A DNA stretch of 64,000 nucleotides from a virus. The notes beneath the pieces are model-generated. The model was not told the DNA's origin, ran no database searches, and worked only from the letters and a program-made list of their open reading frames with translations. The stretch is from IMG/VR virus record IMGVR_UViG_3300044630_006584; one strand, given 5' to 3'. Shown one piece after another: positions 39,338-47,478 of this stretch (the first letter of the stretch is position 1; each line of letters starts with the position of its first letter). Made by a program: the position numbers and the translations under genes.

Positions 39338-40390
39338 ATGGCAAAAGATTACTACTCAATACTAGGTATTGCCAGGAACGCATCGTCCGAAGATATTAAG
39401 AAAGCTTATAGAAAGCTAGCTATTAAATATCACCCGGATAAAAATAACGGAGACAAAGAGTCGGAAAGAAAATTCAGAGAGGTGAGTGAGGCATACGAAA
39501 CACTCTCGGATCAGGATAAAAAAAGAAAATATGATAATCCAGATCCATTCAGGAGCCAAGGGTGGAATCCGTTTCAGGGAACTGATCCATTTCAGGGAAA
39601 CGATTTCTATAGCTTTTTTGGAGGGAGAAACGGTGGCTTCTCACAAGATCCTTTGATTAATAAGGGTAGAAATGTTAACGTATCAATGGAAGTCACACTT
39701 GATGAAATATTAAGTGGTGCTACTAAGAGAGTAGCTATATGGAGAAAAGAAGGATGTTCGTATTGCTCGGGAACAGGATCTGCTTCAGGTAAGCTTGAAA
39801 CGTGTAACGAGTGCCACGGATCGGGTAAGATAAGACAGACCGTAAATACTGCATTCGGTACGGTTGCCCATGAATCTTTTTGTAATACGTGTCAGGGTTC
39901 TGGATCTAAAAGTACTGACCCGTGTAGGCATTGCAACGGATCGGGTACAGAAAGAATATTGGACGAGATAGACATAGCTATGCCAAGAGGCAGCGTTGGA
40001 GGTATGAGTTTTGTAGTTTCTGGGAAGGGTGACCATGCAAAATCACCCTGCAATCCGGGAGATCTTGTTGTGAATGTGAATGAGATAGCGCATCGATATT
40101 TTAAGAGGGATGGTATAAATCTAGTATGCGAGGAATCTATAAGCTATAAGGAAGCTTGCTTAGGAACAGATATAAATATACCAAACCTGAAAGGTGGTGA
40201 ATATAAGATCAAGGTTCCGGGAGGAACGAGTCCTGGTAAAATATTTAGACTACAGGGTAAAGGTATTCCGGAATTTAATGGATTTATAAACGGGGATATC
40301 CTCGTTAAGGTTAGCATTAAAGTACCTCAGTTCATATCTGACGAACAGAGAATAAAGTTGGAAGAATTGGATAAATCACTCTCTATATGA
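39338..40390 (+). CDS. dnaJ: Hsp40 chaperone DnaJ
   Basis: J-domain KYHPDKN, G/F region, four CxxCxGxG repeats, C-terminal domain. Confidence 0.95.
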   Translation: MAKDYYSILGIARNASSEDIKKAYRKLAIKYHPDKNNGDKESERKFREVSEAYETLSDQDKKRKYDNPDPFRSQGWNPFQGTDPFQGNDFYSFFGGRNGGFSQDPLINKGRNVNVSMEVTLDEILSGATKRVAIWRKEGCSYCSGTGSASGKLETCNECHGSGKIRQTVNTAFGTVAHESFCNTCQGSGSKSTDPCRHCNGSGTERILDEIDIAMPRGSVGGMSFVVSGKGDHAKSPCNPGDLVVNVNEIAHRYFKRDGINLVCEESISYKEACLGTDINIPNLKGGEYKIKVPGGTSPGKIFRLQGKGIPEFNGFINGDILVKVSIKVPQFISDEQRIKLEELDKSLSI

Positions 40391-40752
40391 TGGACCTTAT
40401 TCTTTTTCTACTCGTCTCATTTTCATTTTGCTACTTGGTGGTAACCTCCTATATAGTAGCTCCTGTTAGAAATTACTTTCTAGTAAAATATCCATATATT
40501 GGGAAACTACTTAGCTGCATACAGTGCTTTGGATTTTGGAGCGGCTTTCTATTTTCATTGCTTTCTTATTTTGGGTTAATCTCTATCAATCAAGATAATA
40601 TTAGATACTCAGATATCCCTATATTGAGTTTTTTCCTCTGCGGACTGCTAGCAAGTCTTTTCTCTGTACTGGCGAATTCCCTTATTTTTTATCTAAACTC
40701 TAGAGATATATACATTATAGAAAAAGATAAAAAAAAGAACCAAAATGAGTAA
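40387..40752 (+). CDS. Membrane protein, DUF1360-like
   Basis: Several TM segments and PVR...GKLLSCIQCFGFWSG. Confidence 0.55.
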   Translation: MMDLILFLLVSFSFCYLVVTSYIVAPVRNYFLVKYPYIGKLLSCIQCFGFWSGFLFSLLSYFGLISINQDNIRYSDIPILSFFLCGLLASLFSVLANSLIFYLNSRDIYIIEKDKKKNQNE

Positions 40753-42256
40753 AGTAAAAAGCTGGACAGATTTTAATAAATTCTCATTCAGTACTATCGC
40801 TATAAACGAGAGTGATCCAGCACAAGTACTTAGCGACGAGAATGCTAAAGCTGCTGAACAAATAAGGAAGTATCTAAAAGAGAAAGGGGTAAGCGTAGAT
40901 GGAATCACAATCGACTTCTCTTCCGACGGCGTCGAAGCAGCCCCAAAGGAAGATCCTAATAAAACTGTATCCTATTCTACAGGTGGAGTTACAGGTGGAG
41001 ATAGAATTAGGGGTGGAGATAGAATTGGACACACAGGTGCTCACAGCTCAAGTTCGAACGATAAATTAGGAAATTTAGCTGATACCCTTGCTGATGCTGC
41101 TGAGTATGCAGGAAGAGGACTTGGAAACACTATCAAATCAGATTCGACGACGTTCGGTAGTGCGCTTAGTGCTGATGGTAGAAAACAGATTAAAGATTAT
41201 TTCTTCGGTACCGGTGGAGAAGTGGAAACAATAGGTGGTGGCGTTTCAGGATTTGCAGCTTTTTCAGGTTCTTCTTTAAATGGTGGTATAGATGCTTCCA
41301 ACCAGGAGTCATATCAAAACAAAAAAACAGAGGTTCTCAAGACTGAAAATCCCGATCTTAGTAAAGCCACGAGCAATTTAACTCAACCAAACTACTATAA
41401 TATAGGTAAACCCTCTTTTGTTGGATCAAAAGAATATAAGGATATACTTGATTCCATAGGAAAAAATAGAAAATCCGCACTTAGATTTTTGGAGGATATA
41501 GGAGTTGATACTGAACTAATAAGGGAAAGAGAAAATCACTTAGTTGCTCTTAGATCCTCTTTAGATATAAAGAATTCTTATCCGAACGATTTTACTGACT
41601 TTTTTATATTGTTCAAAATTGATGGTGATATTGACACATTTCTGGGAAGTACAACACCATCACCAGCATTTAGAGTTAAAGAGTGGTACGACTATCTCAT
41701 TAAAATAGGATTTACAAAACTAATAGTTCAACAGGGATCATATATTTTAGACCCGGGTGTTTATAAATTTGTGATAAAAGATACTGATACGAAAAGTAAA
41801 TATTTCGGTTCATCTATTTTACAGCAAGACGGAACCTCTAATTTTCATAAATATGGATTGATGGGGAGTGCAGCTGAGGCTAAAAGGACCAACACATTCT
41901 CTCCTGGTAGTCTTGAAAAAGGAAGAATTGATCTTTGTATAACTCCTGCTCTACCTGAAGGAAGAAATGCAGACGGATTAGATGCTACGACATCGGGAGA
42001 TCAGGTTATAAAGAACGCGAAATCATTTGATAAGATACTAGCAGCAGCTAAATCTAATCCTTCAGCAACTCTTCCTTATATTCTAGCAGAAAATAACGGG
42101 GTTAAATCTAAAAGAGAGGAGAGAAGGGAGAGAAGAGAGGAAAGGAAAGAAGAAAAGAAGGGCACAGAGAAAGCTGAAGTAAATGCAGAAGATGCAAAAG
42201 TTAACGAATCTTTCAGCCAAAATGGTATGAAATACCTTAAAAAATTCGGCGAATAA
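40745..42256 (+). CDS. Hypothetical (probably virion) protein with a degenerate L,D-transpeptidase-like region
   Basis: Motif-type N-terminus MSKVKSWTDF...INE; LVALR...NDFTD...STTP...ILDPGVY...TSGDQV segment. Confidence 0.45.
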   Translation: MSKVKSWTDFNKFSFSTIAINESDPAQVLSDENAKAAEQIRKYLKEKGVSVDGITIDFSSDGVEAAPKEDPNKTVSYSTGGVTGGDRIRGGDRIGHTGAHSSSSNDKLGNLADTLADAAEYAGRGLGNTIKSDSTTFGSALSADGRKQIKDYFFGTGGEVETIGGGVSGFAAFSGSSLNGGIDASNQESYQNKKTEVLKTENPDLSKATSNLTQPNYYNIGKPSFVGSKEYKDILDSIGKNRKSALRFLEDIGVDTELIRERENHLVALRSSLDIKNSYPNDFTDFFILFKIDGDIDTFLGSTTPSPAFRVKEWYDYLIKIGFTKLIVQQGSYILDPGVYKFVIKDTDTKSKYFGSSILQQDGTSNFHKYGLMGSAAEAKRTNTFSPGSLEKGRIDLCITPALPEGRNADGLDATTSGDQVIKNAKSFDKILAAAKSNPSATLPYILAENNGVKSKREERRERREERKEEKKGTEKAEVNAEDAKVNESFSQNGMKYLKKFGE

Positions 42257-42300
42257 GAAACTTAGCTTCATTTTTTCAATAGAACTTCTAAACATAGAAG

Positions 42301-42807
42301 TTGAATAAATTAAGCATCACAGATCAGATCAATACCCAATATAGGGATTATGCCCTATATGTTATACAGAGCAGGGGTATTCCAAATTTCTATGATTTCC
42401 TAACTCCGGTACAGAGATTAATCTTAGAAAACTCCCCATCCAGATACAATAAAACCGTTGGACTAGTAGGGGAGGTTATTAAAACCGGATTTTATCATCA
42501 TGGAGATTGCCTTGATGGCGACACCCTCATAAATCTAGCAGACGGAACATCTATAAAGATTAAAGAGTGGTATAAAAACAATCCAGAGGCTGACCTATTG
42601 GTAAGATCTTTCGATACAGATTCCGGTGAAGAAGTTATAGGATATGCGCATAGCCCTAGAATAGGCCAACTAAATAATGAATATCTAGAGATAGAATTAG
42701 AATCGGGCGAAATAATAAGATGCACAGATAATCATCCATTCTTAGTGGATGGTGAATGGATTAAAGCCGGTGATTTGGTGAAAGGGCACGACATAACAAA
42801 TTTATGA
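42301..42807 (+). CDS. Type IIA topoisomerase gp52/GyrA N-extein (69 aa) fused to the N-terminal split-intein fragment (99 aa)
   Basis: YALYVIQSRGIP...LTPVQR...YHHGD then CLDGDTLI (block A) and IRCTDNHPF (block B). Confidence 0.92.
   Translation: MNKLSITDQINTQYRDYALYVIQSRGIPNFYDFLTPVQRLILENSPSRYNKTVGLVGEVIKTGFYHHGDCLDGDTLINLADGTSIKIKEWYKNNPEADLLVRSFDTDSGEEVIGYAHSPRIGQLNNEYLEIELESGEIIRCTDNHPFLVDGEWIKAGDLVKGHDITNL
42508..42804 (+). other. Split intein N-fragment (IntN)
   Basis: Begins at Cys70 (CLDGDTLINLADG), has TxxH (CTDNH), and ends WIKAGDLVKGHDITNL-stop with no HN terminus. Confidence 0.92.
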
Positions 42808-42846
42808 TTTTTTCATACCATCATTGATATATAAAATAAAAAATCC

Positions 42847-43725
42847 ATGATGATAGAGAAATATTGCGAAAGGTGTGGCATTAAATACCAAACAGATAAA
42901 AAATCATTTTTTAAGTATTGTAGTACCTTATGTAGGTCTAGAGATAAATTCATAGCTATCAAGGATAAGCATGGAAATGAATTTAACGTGTGGAAAAATA
43001 ATTTCCAAAAATACCCTGATTTTTATCTTAGTCTGAGTAAGATCAATAATACAAGAAATAAATGTTTTATATGTGGCATTGAATATAATTCTTTTAGAAT
43101 GTGCTGTAGCAAAGAATGCTCAAGCATAATGAAAAAGCAAACTACTTTTAAAACTACAGGGGCTGAACATAATCTATCATCTGGTTCCAAATCTAGATCC
43201 AATATGGAAGAAAACCTCATCCAATTATACGGGGTCAGTAACGTATATCAAAGGCATGATGTTAAAGAAAAATTAAAAAATACTTGGTATTTGAAATATG
43301 GATATGACAACCCATCCAAATCTAAAAATGTAAAAGAGAAGAAAAGAAAGGAAGCAGAGAAGAATGGATTTTGGATTCCAAGGGAAGAATGGTCTGAAAG
43401 AAAAATCTATGAAGCTAATGTTCACGAGATTACTTGGTCGCAAATGAGAAATTTTGCAAAACTTAAATTCGGAAGTGATATATGGGATAGAATAAAGGAA
43501 TCAAGGGGGTTACCTCAGACAGAATGGCTAACAGTCGATCATAGATATTCTAGAAACCAGGGATTTTTGGAAAAGATGGATCCTAGTATAATTGGGCACA
43601 TCTGCAATATAGATATATTAACATTCAGCGAAAACCGAAATAAATGGTCGACGTCTAGTATAACAATCGGTGAATTAAAAGCAGAAATAGAAGAATTCAA
43701 TAAAAATATAAGAGATGCGGATTAA
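42847..43725 (+). mobile_element. Free-standing HNH-type homing endonuclease between the split-intein halves
   Basis: Two CxxC...CSxxC zinc ribbons, YGV.N/KYGYDN repeats, C-terminal VDHRYS...GHICN...ENRNK; GATATATA at 42826-42833. Confidence 0.7.
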
Positions 43726-43831
43726 ATCAATAAAAAAAATTATCTTGGATTCACCCAAGCCTTTTTATGATATAACAGTAGAAAAGTACTCCAATTTTTC
43801 AATTGGTAAATCAAACATAATATCCCATAAT
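43715..43831 (+). other. Split intein C-fragment (IntC, 39 aa)
   Basis: MRIKSIKKI...FYDITVEKYSNF...IISHN followed by Ser+1. Confidence 0.92.
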
Positions 43832-45022
43832 TCTTCTTTGGCCGGAGCAATATCAAAACTAGCAAGGCCATTCGGTTGCTCCTTCCAGATATTAGAAGGT
43901 GATGGATTTTTTGGATCGCCTGTTAACCCTTCGCCATCCGCTCCTAGGTACACCTCTGTTAGAATTAACAATAAGATAAAAGAGCTAATAGAAAAGCACT
44001 CCGATCTTAACGAGGCAAACGAAGAGGGATCTCACGATTGGATTCACGTGGAAATGCCTATAGGTCTTATGACCCATATGGTTGGTATTGCAGTTGGCTA
44101 TAGAACTAATATACTACCCAGAAAAATGGAGGATGTTATAGAGTACCTCTCGGGTCAGCCTAAATTATTGAAGCCGCATTTCCGAGATTTTTCAGGCAAA
44201 GTAACCAAGTATAATAATGAGGAGAACACATGGTTAATAGAGTCCGGTCTTGAGGTCAATGCCTCTAAGAAATCAATGAGAATATTCGATCTTCCGCCAG
44301 CTATCAGATACGATAGCTTTATGGTGAGGCTTGAATCAAAGCTTGATCTATTAGGATGTGAATACCGCATAGAAAATAAATCTCAGAGTAAGTGTGATCT
44401 TACAATTACATTCCGTGGAATTGACGACGATAAGTTCAAATACGTTTCCGATAATATTTCAAGGATTACAAAGATTATAATCAAGGAAGATATTGTTTTA
44501 GTCAAAGACGGGGGAGTAGCTGAATATGGATCAATAAAGGAATACCTGGATCAATTTAAGGTACATCTGGAAGAGGTAAGATTGAAAAGACTGAAAAAAG
44601 ATGCATTGAATCTTTTGTCTGATCTTGAGTTTCTAGAAGCAAAATTAAAGTTTCTAAATTTCATGATACAGAAGAAAAGAAGTAATTCAGAGATCTCCCA
44701 GTTCTTGTCAGTGTACAATTCAAGGATAACATCAAGATTACAGAGAATAGAAGCAGTTAAACTAAGCGTAGAAAGCATAGAAGAGACTAAGAGCGAGATC
44801 GAGCGTATTAAGAAGGCAACAACAGAGAATAAGAAAGCTGTTAAAGAACAGGAGACAAAATACAAAGAGGCAAAGAAGCTTTTAAAAAAGCTATCGAAAC
44901 CACTGGTTAGGACTAACTCACTATTCGAGCCCACCGAGATTGACGGGATAGAAATATTCCAGCCGGAAGAGGAATCAGAAGAAAAAGAGGGGGAAGATCA
45001 AGAATTAGACGAAAACATTTAA
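43715..45022 (+). CDS. IntC fused to the topoisomerase gp52/GyrA C-extein
   Basis: After HN: SSLAGAISKLA...GDGFFGS...APRYTS (active-site Tyr)...GIAVGYRTNILP. Confidence 0.92.
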   Translation: MRIKSIKKIILDSPKPFYDITVEKYSNFSIGKSNIISHNSSLAGAISKLARPFGCSFQILEGDGFFGSPVNPSPSAPRYTSVRINNKIKELIEKHSDLNEANEEGSHDWIHVEMPIGLMTHMVGIAVGYRTNILPRKMEDVIEYLSGQPKLLKPHFRDFSGKVTKYNNEENTWLIESGLEVNASKKSMRIFDLPPAIRYDSFMVRLESKLDLLGCEYRIENKSQSKCDLTITFRGIDDDKFKYVSDNISRITKIIIKEDIVLVKDGGVAEYGSIKEYLDQFKVHLEEVRLKRLKKDALNLLSDLEFLEAKLKFLNFMIQKKRSNSEISQFLSVYNSRITSRLQRIEAVKLSVESIEETKSEIERIKKATTENKKAVKEQETKYKEAKKLLKKLSKPLVRTNSLFEPTEIDGIEIFQPEEESEEKEGEDQELDENI

Positions 45023-45053
45023 ACTAAACATCTAAAACTATAAAAGGAAAAAA

Positions 45054-45836
45054 ATGATAAAACTAAGAATCACCAGTACCAACAATCTGATTAATTTTCT
45101 CAAGCGATTGAAACCCGTAGATAGAAGCGTGCTTCTAGAACTAACGTCCGATAACATTTTCTGTAAGGTTCACACACCGGATAAGGCTGTTATGAAATTT
45201 GCTTCTCTAGCTTTCGGTGAAGTTTTCGAAGGTGAGATAACATGGAAAGACATTCTTAAGGGTAAGACTCAAGAAGAAAGAGTTAAAATTGGATTGATTG
45301 AGGTTGGTAAATTTATGGATTGCTTCAAGCATTTCAGACCAGAAGAGGATGTTTTCATGGAGATATCAACTGAGGTGTTAGAGGGAAACCTTGTAGCTAC
45401 AGATGTGCTTCTGACCTCTAAATCTCTACACATTAGAGTTAAATGTGCTGATCTATCTCTTCTCTCCTATGTTGATGATAATATTTTGGATATGGTTCAC
45501 TCTAAGGAAGACACTATTGCCCAATTTAAGATTTACCAATCTGATTTTTCATCAATAGTTTCGTTATGTGGATTGGAAAGTAATTCGGAAGAACTTCTTT
45601 ATTTTGACGTGTCCAGCAAGGAGGTTAGAGCTAAAGGTGAGTCATTCAATTACAAAATCAGCATCTCTCCAGAAGAGATAAGAGTTGATAGCGACAATGC
45701 TACTTCGCAGATCTACAAAACCCAACTTTCCTACATGGAATCTGAAACTTGTGATTGTTATGTACATGAAAACAGATTGGTTTTATTCTCGCAGCAGAGT
45801 AACACGTCTATTGCAATTGGTATTGTAATTAAATAA
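45054..45836 (+). CDS. Probable DNA polymerase sliding clamp (gp45/PCNA-like)
   Basis: 260 aa, alternating alpha/beta two-domain pattern, directly upstream of the polymerase C-half. Confidence 0.55.
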   Translation: MIKLRITSTNNLINFLKRLKPVDRSVLLELTSDNIFCKVHTPDKAVMKFASLAFGEVFEGEITWKDILKGKTQEERVKIGLIEVGKFMDCFKHFRPEEDVFMEISTEVLEGNLVATDVLLTSKSLHIRVKCADLSLLSYVDDNILDMVHSKEDTIAQFKIYQSDFSSIVSLCGLESNSEELLYFDVSSKEVRAKGESFNYKISISPEEIRVDSDNATSQIYKTQLSYMESETCDCYVHENRLVLFSQQSNTSIAIGIVIK

Positions 45837-45844
45837 AAAAACAA

Positions 45845-46993
45845 ATGACAGAGACGGAAATCGAAGAGATAAAGAATAAGATAACGGAGCTTACGTCTTT
45901 AAAGAATGAGTTAAAGAATGAGGAGCAGGCTGTTAAGCTAACGATGAATTCCATCTACGGCGCGGTAGGAAATTCTTTCTTTGTTTGCTTTAATACCGAT
46001 GTTGCAGAGGCAGTTACCCTACAGGGTCAGGATATGATCAAGTTCTCTGAAAAGATTGTAAATAGATATTTTCAGGAACATTGGCATCTAGATACTGAGC
46101 TGCACGAGCAATTGGGGCTATCCCAAGTTAAGAGAGTCCACAAGCCACTGGTTATCTACTCTGACACTGACTCTAATTATGTTGCTTTTGAGGAAGTTGT
46201 AAACTCATGTGACTGGAAAGGAGATCCTAAAGATCTTATCCTACAGATAAACGAGAAAAGATTTAAGGGATATCTAAAAAACTGCTTCGAGATTTATTCA
46301 AAGAAATGGGGTACTGAAAATAAACAGGATTTCGAGTTGGAGACACTTGCTATAAATGGTATATTCCTAGGTAAGAAAAAGTATGTTACTAATCTTGTGT
46401 ACGAGGACGGAGTCCACATGGAGCCTTTATCCAGATTAAAGATAACTGGTGTTGAAATGATCAAAGGCGGAACACCCCCATTCGTTAGAGAGAAGCTAAG
46501 CTATCTTACAAAATTCATCTTCTCCAAAGGTAAAAAGTTCAGTATCAAAGAATTTGTACAAGAGCTTAAATCCATTAAAAAAGATTTTAAAGCTCAGGAG
46601 TCCCAGAATATCTCTGCAGCTATACAAATCAACAACTACGAGAAGTTTGTTTTGAATGACGTCTCAGCGCTAGAAGTTGGAAAGGGATGTCCCATCCATG
46701 TTAGAGCAAGTGCATATCACAATTATCTACTGAATAATTCAAAATTTAAGGACAAGTATGCTATGATTAGAAGTTCAGATAAAGTTAATTTCTTCTTTGT
46801 TAAAACCAAATCCGCAGCTGAAAATAATGTATTTGCATTTGTTCAAGGTAATTTCCCATACGAATTTGCACCGCAGATAGATTACGATCAGCAATTCACC
46901 AAGACTATTTTGGACCCAATCAACAGGTTCATTGAAGCTATGGGCCACAACCCTATAAGTCCAAATCTATTCATGATAAATCCTCTTTTTTAA
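45845..46993 (+). CDS. gp43: Family B DNA polymerase, C-terminal half (motifs B and C, palm, thumb)
   Basis: KLTMNSIYG, AVTLQGQ, YSDTDS, KKKY, ITGVEMIKGGTP. Confidence 0.92.
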   Translation: MTETEIEEIKNKITELTSLKNELKNEEQAVKLTMNSIYGAVGNSFFVCFNTDVAEAVTLQGQDMIKFSEKIVNRYFQEHWHLDTELHEQLGLSQVKRVHKPLVIYSDTDSNYVAFEEVVNSCDWKGDPKDLILQINEKRFKGYLKNCFEIYSKKWGTENKQDFELETLAINGIFLGKKKYVTNLVYEDGVHMEPLSRLKITGVEMIKGGTPPFVREKLSYLTKFIFSKGKKFSIKEFVQELKSIKKDFKAQESQNISAAIQINNYEKFVLNDVSALEVGKGCPIHVRASAYHNYLLNNSKFKDKYAMIRSSDKVNFFFVKTKSAAENNVFAFVQGNFPYEFAPQIDYDQQFTKTILDPINRFIEAMGHNPISPNLFMINPLF

Positions 46994-46994
46994 T

Positions 46995-47186
46995 ATGGGA
47001 TTCAGTAAAAGATACCTCCCTGATTTAGATAAATTGGTGGAGATGAGAAAGGAGATTAATGACGATCGGGAATTTCTAAAATTCGTAGTCGGTAAGAGCG
47101 ACTGCTTAATGGGAAGCACAGAATCTCTTCAGATGATCAGATATATTGAGGAGGAAATAGAAAATGAAAGAAAAAATGGGATTTGA
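46995..47186 (+). CDS. Hypothetical protein
   Basis: 63 aa ORF one base after the polymerase stop. Confidence 0.55.
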   Translation: MGFSKRYLPDLDKLVEMRKEINDDREFLKFVVGKSDCLMGSTESLQMIRYIEEEIENERKNGI

Positions 47187-47463
47187 AGAGGAAATAGATT
47201 TCGAAATGTCTGCAGAGGATTTGCAGCTCTATAAAGATACTGTGACCAGTGAGTACTTCACCATATTTTCAAACAAAGAAATCTTTGTTAAGACAGACAA
47301 AGTAAATGATGGAAGAAAAGTACAGAAGCTTTATGAGATACTCGATCTTTTTATACTGGAAGGAATGCAGGACGAAACTATCTGCCAGATAGAATCCCTT
47401 ATTGATGCTCTAACTATTAAGATACTAGTTGAAAAAGATATCATTCCCAGCGCTGATATATAA
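47164..47463 (+). CDS. Hypothetical acidic protein
   Basis: 99 aa ORF overlapping the previous gene. Confidence 0.5.
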   Translation: MKEKMGFEEEIDFEMSAEDLQLYKDTVTSEYFTIFSNKEIFVKTDKVNDGRKVQKLYEILDLFILEGMQDETICQIESLIDALTIKILVEKDIIPSADI

Positions 47464-47478
47464 AAGAAAAAATTCTGA

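Noticed and set aside
40978-41030. GGTGGAGATAGAATT direct repeat
   Set aside because: In-frame coding duplication (GGDRI x2) within a protein, not a mobile or regulatory repeat
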